Shown here: piece by piece, positions 13,323-29,446 of the stretch
Numbering within the stretch: the stretch's first letter is position 1
How the letters are laid out: each line of letters starts with the position of its first letter
Source: the human T2T-CHM13v2.0 reference genome, Homo sapiens
Strand: one strand, 5' to 3'
Length of the DNA: 64,000 nucleotides
Assembly: GCF_009914755.1 (NCBI RefSeq)
Contig: NC_060946.1
Notes under the pieces: model-generated
Databases searched by the model: none
What the model was told of the DNA's origin: nothing
What the model saw: only the letters and a program-made list of their open reading frames with translations
Position numbers and translations under genes: made by a program

Positions 13323-14701
13323 CAGGGGCAGGGGAGAGGGTGGGGATCTGCAGCCCCTCTCCGGAGCAGCACCTCTGCAGCACCAGGTCAGGAGCCTCTC
13401 GGGGGAGCGTCTCAAAGTCCTGGATGAGGATGGGGGCATTGGGCCAGCCGATCCTCTCCAGCTCCTGCACGTTGGCATTAGGGCCCACTCCAATGGGCAC
13501 CACCTGGATGTCTCCAGGCAACCTCTTGATCTTATCAGAGGCAGGATTTCTGGTGACCATGGAGACCAGGTTGGGCACCTGCTCCCGGTCACCCTGGCTG
13601 ACCAAGAAGCTGTGGTCGGAGGGGTACAGCAGGGCCACCCCAGTGTTGGTCCTGTTGCCACCCTGGTAGCGGATCTCTCGCACCCGCTGCAGGATGTCCC
13701 CTTTGGACTGTGCCTCGCTGAAGGGGTACTCCACGGTCACCATGTAGGAGTACTGCAGCACCGTGACGTGGATGCTGTCCTGGCCCACATCCATCCGCTG
13801 AATCACCTCCTCCATGAACTCCTTGCTCCTGTTGAAGTCGGCTTCACCAATTTTGTCCAATCCTTCCGGGACAAATGCCACATCCAGAACCATGGAGTTC
13901 CTCTTGGGCCCCAGGGTCGAAAGCCCCAAGAGCCCCGGGCCCACAGTGACTTGTGCCATGTGGGGGGGCAGAGTAGGAGGAGGGGCTTCAGGGGCAAGGT
14001 CACAGAGGTAGCTAACGATCTCTTCCCTTTGCTGCTCCAGCTCATCCACACCGCTCAGCACGAAGGCCTTGTTCTCAGGGGCCTGCTTCTCAATGAGGCG
14101 GATCTGCTTGAGGTTGGCATGGGGCCCAATGCCAACCGGGATCACGATGACCTTCTTCTTCTTCAGGCCCTGGACGTAGCGGACAAAGTTCCGGGACATC
14201 CGTTGGGGCTCCTGGCTGGCCATCAGGAGCAGGGCGATGCAGAAGGCTTCAGGGCGGTCGATCTTGCTGATGATTTGGAACAGTGTGTATTTCAAGGCCT
14301 CGCTGGTGGAGGCCACCTGGCTGCCCGCATACTTCACCTGGCTGGCAACGCGCCGCAGCTCTGACGGTCGCTTCCGGTCCTTGAGCCCGATGTAGGCGTG
14401 GGAGCCGTCGTGGTACTCCACCACAGCCACGCGGACCCACTTCTAGGAGATGCGCAGCCGCTCCATCATGTCCACCACAAAGGCCTTCAGCACTTCAAAC
14501 TCAGCCTCGGACAGCCTGGAGGAGCCATCCAGCAGGAAGATCAGGTCCAGTAGCCTGCTGCAGTAGAAATCGTGCAACTGCGGTTCTGAGATGTCCTCCA
14601 CATACAGAGTGGTGGGGCTCACCGGGGCATCTGTGGGAGGCACCACCAGGCCTCCCGGCTCCTGGCAGGCTTCACAGGTGAGGGTGACACCATCACAGTG
14701 G
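13323..14701 (-). pseudogene. VWFP1: VWF exon 28 copy (1379 bp; A1 and A2 domains) with Q1311*
   Basis: ORFs 14443-14646 and 13135-14430 translate to A1/A2; TAG at 14443-14445; CAG|CCAC acceptor, CTG|GTATGC donor. Confidence 0.98.
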
Positions 14702-16858
14702 CTGCAGAAAAGAGCGAAGAAATTAAAATGGTTCAGAAAGAACCTATGGACACTTCTGAGCCCTACAGTGTATGACTACTTCCATATTCCCACAGAATCT
14801 CCTCTGTTCCACCTGAACTTGAGATCCCACGGACCATTCCACACCCAAGTGAGATGTCACTGTTTAACATCTGTCCCCAAATAGCATGCCCCCCCACTTC
14901 AAAACACACACATAGCCGACTTCCTTTGATTCTAGAAACCAAAGCTTTAGCCCATCCTAGGATATGAAAAAATATACTCGTTGTTCTAGGCCATCCACAC
15001 AGCCACTCAAAGCTGATTTCTTTTCAACCTACATCTTTAGCAACATGAATACTTAATTATAATCTAAGCCTTCTTACAAGTGTCTCCAAGAACAAATGTT
15101 ACTAAAATGTAGACGCTAACCTGTGCTTGTACATGTTCTGTTGAAGATAAATGCTTTACAGTACATATTCTAACAGAATGTAAATTGCATGAGTTTTAAA
15201 ACATATTTAATACGTTGGGCCCTAACGAAGAGAGAAAAAATTGGAGCAAAAACATTGTGGAAAGATGAATAAAGATTCAAAACCCCAGCTTTATCTAGCA
15301 GAACAAATTATTTGGGAGTAGCAGACAGGGGTCCCCAAGGTGTTAGGCCTAAGAAAAGACATTCACTCATTCCTCCAGCAGACATAGGGTGAGCACCTCT
15401 CATGTGCCAGGTATTGGCCAGGCTCTGTGCCCAGCCCCAAGCACACACCACAAGTCTGTAGTAGAGCAGTGGCCCCACACACACAAATTCCTACACTACT
15501 ATGCCAAATTTCGAGGCTCTGCTGGTAACATCACCTTTTTGCCAGTGTCCCGGAAAGTGGCACGGCCTGCCAGCCCACAGGTGAAATCAAGTGGCCATGT
15601 GGTGGAGACCAATATGGGCCAGGACCATCTCCTCTTTGGACTCTCAGCCTTGGAGGCACCTGGCCTTCAGCACTCCCAGTAAAGCTGACAAGGCGGCAGT
15701 GCCCTGAGCCTGGGAAGTGTCCCCCTGTGGCTTGATACCAGGTGATGCCCCCAGCCTGCTGTGGGACTTCTGTCCACACACTGCTTGCAGCTTCAGCGTG
15801 CACCGTGGCAGCTGCCCCTGCCCGTGTGCCAGCAAAGGAGGTGGGGAGAGGGCTCGAAGCTCTCATGCCCTTTTGGCACAGAACCCCAAGCCAGCATCAG
15901 AATCACCCAATCCTTTGCTCCCTACAGTCCCTGTTTCAGCATAAAGAGTGTGCGCAGGTAGAGTCTTACTAGGAAGTTAATTCCTCCTTCCCATGATCCA
16001 TGAGATTTATTGCTTCAATCCTTGGTTAACGGTGCGTGAGTGACATACTTTCTAGTTTCCTGTGTTTGCTAGAAAACTCACCCCAGGCAGTGTTCGTTCT
16101 TGTTTGTGCAGATGGTGGTGGCAGGATCTGACTCTGGCAGCTGTGACCATAGCCCCTCCCCAGCGAATTTACATTCTCAAGTTTAAGCTCCCAGAAGGCC
16201 TGATCAGTGTCAGGGAGTGGTGTTGAATAGATGTGGATTTTAATAAATGTTCCCTACTTATGAGCAGGACTTCAGAGGGCTCAGAGCTCACCCTGAGGAC
16301 TCCTTCTCACCTCCCCAAAGGCCAGTTTCCCAGAGGCAAGTCCAGTGAGAACCCAGGGTGAGAGCAACGAGCACCTTCCCTCCCCATTATGACAGCCACA
16401 CCCTGCCACCTTGACTATGGCCCCCACGACGTTCATGTTACCCTGAGGGCCCCGCGTTCCATCTCACTTTCCTCTCCTGAGTCGCCACCTCCAGTATATG
16501 GACACCTGTGCTCAGACTAGTCATGACCTACAAGGACAATAAGTGACCATACCCCCACCTTCAGTGAGAAAAGCAAAAACCTGTTAGGACTTAAAAACCT
16601 ATTAAGAGCAAAAACATTGTAGAGGAATATATGTGGAGGAAGCAGTCTAGTCCATCCCTAAAGAAAAAGAAGCAAACCCTAGGAACAAACAAAACAATAA
16701 ACTACACTAAATAATGAATTAAATAAATAAACAAATAAAATAAACTCAGTCTCTCAACTCATGTGGCTAGGACTTTTTACCCAAAACCTAGTCTCTGAGC
16801 TGGCCCCTGGAGAAGCAATAAGATTCGTCACTTCAAACAATCCAGGCATCTGTTTTAC

Positions 16859-16994
16859 CAAATCTGGCAGTGCTCAGGGTCACTGGGATTCAAGGTGACT
16901 TTCTTTCTTGAGGCAAAACGCCAGCCAGCCACCTCACACACCGGGCAGTCTTCAGGGTCAACGCAGGTCTGCAAAAGCTCATCCAGGATTTTCC
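16859..16994 (-). pseudogene. VWFP1: VWF exon 27 copy (136 bp)
   Basis: [44 protein letters not shown]; CAG|GG and TTG|GTAAAA. Confidence 0.95.
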
Positions 16995-17301
16995 CTGCAA
17001 AAGAAAGCTCTCATTAGGAACCAAAACGCTCCCCTTTCCCACAAGGAAGTCTCATTTTTAACTAAAAGGGAGGAGCCAACTCCTCCTCCTGCCCTAGAAG
17101 CCAACTCCTCCTGCCTGCACCCCTAGGGGTCACCCTGCCACTCAAGGAGCATCTCTCCTCCTTGTGCCTTGATTGATCCCTCTGCAAAACTGGGAGCGGG
17201 GATTCCTTCATCCTACCTCACCTCCCCAAGCCTCAGGACAAATGAAATCTTATCTCCAGGGCTCTTTCTGCTCTTCTGAATAACACCTTCAGTAACTCTC
17301 G

Positions 17302-17466
17302 AGCTGTGCTGTACCATAGGATAGTCATAAACTGCATGTGGCTATTTAAGTTAAATTAAGTAAAATTCAATAAAATTCAAAAATTCAGTTCCTCAGACAC
17401 ACTCGTCACAGTTACATTCAATACAACATTCCCCCACTGCAGAAAGTTCTATCGGCAGGGGCTGCT
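17302..17466 (-). mobile_element. MER3-like hAT-Charlie DNA transposon remnant
   Basis: catgtggctatttaa...aaaattcagttcctcag...gcagaaagttctat. Confidence 0.75.
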
Positions 17467-17570
17467 TTAGATGAGAATGCCACAAATAGGCACAGAAAAG
17501 CATTTTGGAGGAGCTCGACTTGAGAAAAATCACAACTGGCCTGACTCTGATGAAAGAACCCATGGAACCT

Positions 17571-17759
17571 GCGGCAGGCTTGCAGGTCAGAGATGGGGCA
17601 GCAGGCTTGCAGGTCAGAGATGGGGCGGCAGGCTTGCAGGTCAGAGATGGGGCGGCAGGCTTGCAGGTCAGAGATGGGGCGGCAGGCTTGCAGGTCAGAG
17701 ATGGGGTGGCAGGCTTGCAGGTCAGAGATGGGGTGGCAGGCTTGCAGGTCAGAGATGGG
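17571..17759. repeat. 27-bp minisatellite, 7 copies, in intron 26
   Basis: Unit G(C/T)GGCAGGCTTGCAGGTCAGAGATGGG; visible as AAGLQVRDG x5 and VAGLQVRDG x2 in the ORF track. Confidence 0.97.
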
Positions 17760-17860
17760 ATGTGGCAGGTGGAGGCTGAGATGAAGCAAGACCTAGAAGC
17801 ACCTTTCCATCCATCCCTATCCCATCCCACCAGCCCGACCCCCAGGGATAGAGGCCTCAC

Positions 17861-18019
17861 CTGGAGGGCAGTGGGCATGGCAGACCTCCACACACTGCAC
17901 AGGGCAGGCCAGCGGCTCAGGGTGCTGGCACGTAACTTGACAGGCAGGTGCACAGCTGTTCTATTGCCACTCACACTCATACCCATTCTCCCGGAGATTC
18001 CTCTCCTCGCAGCTCTGGG
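17861..18019 (-). pseudogene. VWFP1: VWF exon 26 copy (159 bp) with nonsense Y1146* and R1145Q
   Basis: GAG TGG CAA TAG AAC AGC TGT (TAG at 17961-17963) where VWF encodes E-W-R-Y-N-S-C; canonical AG/GT. Confidence 0.95.
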
Positions 18020-18205
18020 CTGTGTAGACAGGAGACAAGGCTGTGGCCACAAAAGGCAAAGCCTCCAGGACTGCAGACCCATGTGGTGATGGCCTGCAGC
18101 ATCTGGAGATAATGTTGGGGAACTAAGGGACTATGGGCGTCACCAATATTAGAGACTTCTGGATTGTTGAAGCACCTAAACCAGAATCTATTGGTTCTGA
18201 ATTCA

Positions 18206-18344
18206 TTTCTTTTTTTAATTTTTGTAGAGATGGGGTCTTGCTATGTTGCCCAGGCTGGTCTTGAACTCCTGGGCTCAAGGAATCCTCTGGCCTCAGCCTC
18301 CCAAAACACAGGTATCACAGGTGTGAGTCACTGTGCCTGGCCCA
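18206..18344 (-). mobile_element. FLAM / Alu left monomer
   Basis: tttgtagagatggggtcttgctatgttgcccaggctggtcttgaactcctgggctcaag. Confidence 0.88.
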
Positions 18345-18753
18345 GTTTTCTACATAAAAGCATTAAGTTGCTTATGTCCAAAGAAGGAAGATTCTATAGA
18401 CATGAATGTATGAGTTGATCACTCATATTGGCAAATATAATCACGCCTAATTAAAGACATAAATCAACTTCCTTCTTTTCATCAGTATTCCCTCTTCTCC
18501 TCTGCCAGAATCTCTCCAGAAGAAAAGTATCCACATGTTCATGCCTTGAATCCATGTCCCGCCTCAAAGTCCATAATATAAACTTCTTACTCAGCCAACG
18601 TCTTAACCCTCGTTAGCCCTTGGCCATCCAGTCCCATACTAGCACTGTCTTCTCTCGCCCATGAAGATATCCCCCTGCACTCACAAGGTCTTCAAGCATA
18701 GACACATGGGAAGAAGGGAGGGCATCTGAGAACATGAGGGTGTCAGGACTCAT

Positions 18754-18910
18754 GGCACAATGTGGCCGTCCTCCAGGTCACCACCTTGCCATGCTGGGCA
18801 CACACGTGGGCATAGGCAGCAATGGTGTCGCAGAAGCAGGCGCAGTCCCCAATGGACTCACAGGAGCAGGTGTCGTAAATGCAGACATCCAGGTATGGCT
18901 CGGGGTCCAC
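18754..18910 (-). pseudogene. VWFP1: VWF exon 25 copy (157 bp); donor destroyed GT>AT
   Basis: [27 protein letters not shown]...; exon end reads TGTGCC|ATGAGT. Confidence 0.95.
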
Positions 18911-19865
18911 CTGCAAAGGCAGCCTCAGGTGGCCCAGGCCTATGGCCAGGTGTCAGAAACTCTGGCTCTTAGTCTGGGTGCAAATGTTCTGATGGTCAAT
19001 TTAAGGATAAGGGGGGTCCAGGTAGAAGGAGAAATGTAGCTCAATGGTCTCAAAGAGGGAATGAGTGGGAAGGCAAGATTCTTAGTTTCTAATCTGCATT
19101 CCAGCAAGAAGAGTTGAATAATGCAGTGCTGCTGGCCTTCTGCAGAACACAATGAGCCTGAGGATATTCCAGAAGAACATTCCCTCTGTCCCTCTGCCTG
19201 CCTCCCTGCTCAGCCACCCATCTGTCCTCACAACCCACTCTTGGCCTCATGAGCATGTGGGTGTTTTTACAAAAACACAAACACACATATGTGCTGGTCA
19301 CTGTCTTTCTTTGCCTCAATTCAGCAAGCAGAATGGGGAAATACATCAAGCCCTGCAGCTGCCTCACTGCAGTGCTATGGGGCAGGTATGCAGAACAATA
19401 GGGCCTAGACTCTGATTCCAAATCCAGTTCAACCAGTTCCCACCCTTCCTCATCCCAAAACACGCCTCTAAACACACTGGACTTTTTCAGGGCAGTTATG
19501 ACAGAAAATGAATTCAGACACTGAGTGGGTCATTGTTTCCAAGACGTTCCAACAGTCCCAATGTCCCCAGCTCCTCCCCTGTCCTCACTCTTCCAACTCA
19601 GATGCCCAGGATTTCCACCAAACCGGGAATGTAAGTATCCTTTGGAGTCCTCAGAGACTGAAAATCACTGCATAGATAGAAAGAGAATTGAGATCCATGT
19701 TTTCAACCAGTCTCTCCCACATTGGTGGTGCTACACAGCAACATGTATGTGTGCATGGCTGTGTGTGTGTACATAGACTTCTGTAGTCACATATGTCCAT
19801 GTACAAGCCCATGTCCACATGTGTGTACACACATACATGCAGCAGATAAGAGACAACCGCACTAT

Positions 19866-20174
<309 letters not shown>

Positions 20175-20699
20175 TTAACCCTGGGGAGTTCCTCCTTGTC
20201 ATTAGAGATGAAGACACAAAAATAAGTCATAATACGAGGACTCAAAATCACCAAAAGTAAGGCCAGAAAAGAATTTCTGTGAGACAAGAAATGGGCACCA
20301 AGGGGTTTTGAGGAGTGGGAGAGGACGGTCTTTTGGTCTGGACAAATGCAGCAGTGACAGGAAAAGGAAATCTCTGGCTCTGGTGTTGAAAACAAGATAC
20401 TTCCATAAGAGAACAAATCCTAAGACTGGGGCCGAAAGAGAAACGTTGGCACATGCCAAGGGGAGTTACTTCTCATGCAGAAGGAAATGTTTTGCCAGGC
20501 ATTGCTTCCCCTAGAAACTGTTGATTTTACTTTTTGTTTCCCAGATTGAAAGCCAAGAAAAAAAAGCTAAAGTGGTGTCTTGGTGCAGATCATGTCAAGA
20601 CACAAGGGTAGTGTCCACGTTAGAAGGTCACACTCTGTGTCCATACCACTGGGCCAAGCCTTGGGACCATCTGCTTCCCACTACCCTCAAGGTCCTCAC

Positions 20700-20813
20700 C
20701 AGCTTGTTGCAGTCCTGGAAGACGTCACTGGTAAGGATTCTACAGGAGGAATCCACCATCGTCTGCTTCATGATGTTGTTATGGCAGGTGGCAGGGGATG
20801 AGTCCAGAGGCAC
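20700..20813 (-). pseudogene. VWFP1: VWF exon 24 copy (114 bp), canonical splice sites
   Basis: [38 protein letters not shown]; CAG|GTG and CTG|GTGAGG. Confidence 0.96.
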
Positions 20814-21025
20814 CTGGGAACCAGGCAAGAGATAGGCCAGCCGTCAGCTGGTCAAACTGGGGTTATTCAGCCCAGAAGGATCCAAGAGACCCTCCTTCCC
20901 ACCCTGCAGCCACCTGAAGGTCATACCACCCACAACCCCCCTTCCAGCCCCCATAAGAATGGGGACAGAGGGACATTCCAGGAAGCAAGCTCTCGGGCTC
21001 TGTCCACACAGAGACCCAGACGTAG

Positions 21026-21166
21026 TTTTCTGGTGTCAGCAGACTGCGAGCTCACTTTCCAGGAGTTCCCAAAGTCCACAGGGTCTTCCTCCACTTGGAG
21101 GTTGCTGCTGGTGAGGTCACTGTTCTGGATGCCATCAAAATTCCCACACAGGCCACACACTTTCTC
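21026..21166 (-). pseudogene. VWFP1: VWF exon 23 copy (141 bp); donor destroyed GT>CT; C1031S
   Basis: [15 protein letters not shown]...SSQSADTRK; acceptor AAG|GAG; exon end reads AGAAAA|CTACG. Confidence 0.96.
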
Positions 21167-21790
21167 CTTGAGAGACAAGTTGAGGGATGAGCACCGTCAA
21201 GCCCAGGGGCATGCTCTCTGGCTCAGGGGAAAGGGGAACGTTCCTGGCGGCAATGGAGGCAGAGGGCATTCGAGGGAGAGGAGGAGGAGCGGGACAGAGA
21301 CTCAGAGGAGGCCCGAGGTGAGCAGCAAAGCCTTGCCATTGCCAAGCCCTATTCCTGAGCTTCCTTGCTGGCCCCATTTTATTTGAAGCTATGGAAACAA
21401 AGAGAGGCAACATGCCCATGTCACATAGTCAGCCAAGGGCAGAAGTGGGAATCAGGCAGCCTTGGCCCTGAGATCACTGGTGGGAACTATCGCTGTCCCC
21501 AACAAGCGTAGAAGCAGAGAGAGGAGCCAGGTACACTGCTCCACCAATGGAGGTGTAGGGGTCCAAGGAGGGAACGTTATAGAACTGCCTGCCTCTGGGC
21601 AGGTGAGTCCCCTTGCCTGGAGAACCGCAGCCTGTTCAGACCAGGCTGGGCAGAATTCTGCTCTATCATAAATGTAACCAGGAAGATATGTCTCACCTGT
21701 CTCCATGTTCACCCATCATGGAGTGCAACATGCAACAAGTTCTGAAAAAGTAGTTATGAATGAGTGAGAAACAAGTGAAAACTACACAAA

Positions 21791-22050
21791 GAGGAGGGAT
21801 AAGTTCTAGTGTTCTGTAGCACCACAGGGTGACTATAATTATCAACAGTTTATTGTATATTTTCAAGTAGCTGGAAGAGCAGACTTTGAATGTTCCCAAC
21901 ACAAAGAAATGGTAAATGTTTGAGGGAAGAGATATACTAACTACCCTGATTTGATCATTACACACTGTATACATGTATTGAAATATCACACTGTCACCAG
22001 TAAATACATACAGTTAAATGTCAACTAAAAATAATAATAAAACAAAAAAA
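21791..22050 (+). mobile_element. Short L1MA 3'UTR insertion with TSD aaaactaca(c/g)aaa, next to an L3/CR1 remnant
   Basis: ataagttctagtgttc...gaatgttcccaacacaaagaaatg...A-tail; flanking L3-like ggcctggagaagaaaagg...ctccag to 22168. Confidence 0.8.
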
Positions 22051-22169
22051 AACTACAGAAAAAACTGGAAATATTTGGCCTGGAGAAGAAAAGGTGCTAT
22101 ACTTTTACAATATACTTAGAGCCCTGATGTTGAGACAAAGAGAAAAAATGTATTCTATCTTGCTCCAGT

Positions 22170-22385
22170 TTCCCCAAGCTCTTCTACTCACTCTGGTCTT
22201 TCGGCCTTCCTGTTTGAAGGTTCTTTGTGACTACAGTGGGCCCACCTAGATAATTCAGGATAATCTCTCCATTTTAAGGTCAGGTGATTAGCAATCTTAA
22301 TTCCACCTGCAACCATAATGCTCCCATGCTGCCTAACAACATATTCAAAAGGTCATCCTACTAAGGGTCATTATTCTACCTACAC
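22170..22385 (-). mobile_element. Truncated MLT1 (ERVL-MaLR) LTR fragment
   Basis: ctttgtgactacagtgggcccacctagataattcaggataatctctcc...tattctacctacaca. Confidence 0.75.
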
Positions 22386-23849
22386 ACTAAGTAACTGAGA
22401 AAAAAGTAAAGTTATGTATCATGCCTTACCTATGGCAAGGAAATAATAAATTATAATGACTTATCTAAAAAAAAAACTATTTTTAAAAGCTTTGGTCCTA
22501 GTCTATTGATTAAAGTTTTGGTATATTCCAGATAAATTTCATGTCCTTGATGCTAACACACTGTGCACAGTAGATGGCCTTTTAAGATATTACTTTATAA
22601 GGGAATATTTAAGGTTATCTGGACGATAGAAAAGGAACTTTAGTTGCTATGCCACAAAAGGCCGGATTTCTGCACATTACACCTCCTACCAGTGCATACA
22701 TGTGCCAAACTCCTTCCTGAAAGCCTGGTTTGTGTTTCCTATGTGCTTAGCAATAGTCTTTACTCTCATGACTGTTTATATGAAGTCCTACTTTTTAAAG
22801 CATATCCTCATTTATTTGTTTTCCTGAGCCTACCCTTATTTCCTCCTCTGAACTGGATTTCATCTGGTATATATTGCACAGGTTTGCACACTTGATTGTA
22901 CGCTACTTTACAGCATCCTCTTGGGTTCTGGACACAGTTATTTTTCTCCATGGTAAGGTGATAAGTGACTTCTCTGAGGACTTGCCACCTTAGTATGCAG
23001 TGGTGACATCACCTGCTCAGGCTCTGTCTGCAATGTGGAATTTAGTATTTTCCAACTTCTGGTCTAACTTGAACTTCATAATTAAGCAGAGCCGCCTTTT
23101 GAGGGAATAGTAGGGTGTCTGCCCCTAAATGTCTGTGTAAATGCAGAAACACATTTGGGAACATAACTGACTTTTATGTACAGAAGCCAGATGCATTTCA
23201 TGCCCATGCATGCTTGGGGAAGCAAGTTCATCTCATCTATCACAATAAGCATCTGTTCCACTAAATTCCACTGCAGGATACTTTTCACACTTAGACAACA
23301 AAACATTTAAGGAAATAAAAGCTCTTTCCAATAAAAATGTGCATCAAAAACTGTGTGTATTTTTTTTAAAAAAAAAAAACCTTCCTCTATAAGATAAGCC
23401 ACAGGAACTACTAAAAAAGCATTCTTGAAATACATTTTCTGATAGGCATCTACGCCCTTGCCTTATATAAGATTTAAGGAAAGTGATGTGTGTGTCTTTA
23501 TGCTCGAAAGGCTGCTTTCAACAACAAAGGGTACGCTTTGAGGGATCAATATAGTTTTGAGAATGCAAAAGTTTAAAAGAACTAATGGAATGCATATTAT
23601 CCAGGTATGAACATGCATTTGTCATTATTTTCCTACCATCTACTATATTAGAAACAGAAGAAAAATTATGGAAATGTCTGTTTTCCCTCAATAGGAATAC
23701 CTATTTATTAAAGTTAATTAATTACTATTCTTTAAACATTTTCAAAATAGACTCATAAGTGACAACTTTCAGAGAAAATAAGGGTTTTTGGATGTATATA
23801 TTTACTTATAACATGGATAAAATTAATAATTTTGTTAAAATATTAACTC

Positions 23850-24420
23850 CATATCAATAATGCTCTCTATTGTTTTTGCATTTTTTTAACAATAGAGAAT
23901 CTAATACATTTAGTGTTCATGAGTTTCATACAGTTTCCTGTCAATGTACTTTGTCTTTTTTTATTGGACTACTAATCATTTATTTATGATTTGTTGGAAC
24001 TACTCATATGTTAAATATGTCAAGTGAATTGCAAACACTTGCTGCTGACTTGATATTTGCTTTTTACACATATTCATGGTATCCTCTGAAATAGAAAAGT
24101 TTTATATTTTAACAAATTCCAATCCATGAATATTTTTTTTAAAATTTTCTGTTATTGGTTAGTGCTATGTTTAGATATTTAATTTTAACTGTCACGTTGC
24201 AAATGATATTTGTCTATGGTATTTTTTCTTTATATTTTGAAAAAAGTGTATTTGACATCCACTCTGGAATTAGTATTATGAATGACATATTATACCTTTG
24301 TGCAACTATAAAATACATATAGCCAATTATCTGAACACCATTTTATGAACCATTTATCACTTACCAACTGATTTGAAACACTACCTTTATCATATATTGG
24401 ATTTTAGGTTTATTGAGATT
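23850..24420 (-). mobile_element. Old L1M fragment
   Basis: atatagccaattatctgaacaccatttt...ctgatttgaaacactacctttatcatata resembles antisense L1 ORF2 end. Confidence 0.55.
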
Positions 24421-25190
24421 ATGTAACATGAAATTATTTAATTATGAAATTATGTGAATTCAAGCATGACAGTCAGCTCTTCTTCCCCACCACTACCCTG
24501 TAAAAGGGTGGATGGAAGAATTGCTTCCTTATGGCTTAAGTGTATGAGTAGTATATAACATGGTCTTGATGAAGTGGGAACTATACAGAAACTGTTTTTG
24601 GTCCTGAAATGTACTCCAGCTTTACCAATTTGTTCTGCACATATACCATTGAGGGTAGAAGCTGAATTTTGCTTACGATTATGTTTATACTACTTAACAT
24701 TGTGCCAGATACTGAGTAGATACTTAGAAACATGTTTAATGATTTGTTTTATTGCTAGATACCTAATTATCTGCTGTAGTGGTGCTACCTCATTCAGAAT
24801 AATTTTGACCAGTCTTTCTCCATCATGAATAAAACACTTATTTACACACTTGTGTACATGCACATGTGCATACAAACACACCCTTTGCAGAGACAAACTG
24901 CATTGAAAGCATGTACAAACATTATCGTATATTTGTTGATTCTGACCTGATTCTGATTCTATAGTATACTTTTTCATTCTGATCACAATAACAATAAAAA
25001 TAGAAAACTATAAGTGTGAAGCTGGAAGATGCAGAACATGAAAGATCAAATTACCAATTTTTTTTCTATTTTCTTTAGTTGGCTGATGATGAAATCAGAA
25101 AAGTAATGGACATAAAAATGAAAGTATGCAGTGTGTGTGTGTGTATGTACGTATGTATATCACATGCACTCATTTTCATGATGTACATAT

Positions 25191-29446
<4,256 letters not shown>

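Noticed and set aside
13246-14364. 372-aa plus-strand ORF
   Set aside because: Antisense shadow of a GC3-rich coding exon; no recognisable protein features
13135-14430. 431-aa ORF as a stand-alone gene
   Set aside because: It is the post-stop part of exon 28 with a GTG start, plus read-through into intron 28
14302-14650. Chi (GCTGGTGG, 14302-14309, plus strand) and Chi-like (CCTGGTGG, 14643-14650, minus strand) motifs as cause of the conversion hotspot
   Set aside because: Present, but Chi is a bacterial RecBCD signal with no established mammalian mechanism; an identical 8-mer also occurs at 6563-6570
17393-18089. Several overlapping ORFs of 100-229 aa with 9-aa repeats
   Set aside because: Produced by the 27-bp minisatellite, which is stop-free in most frames
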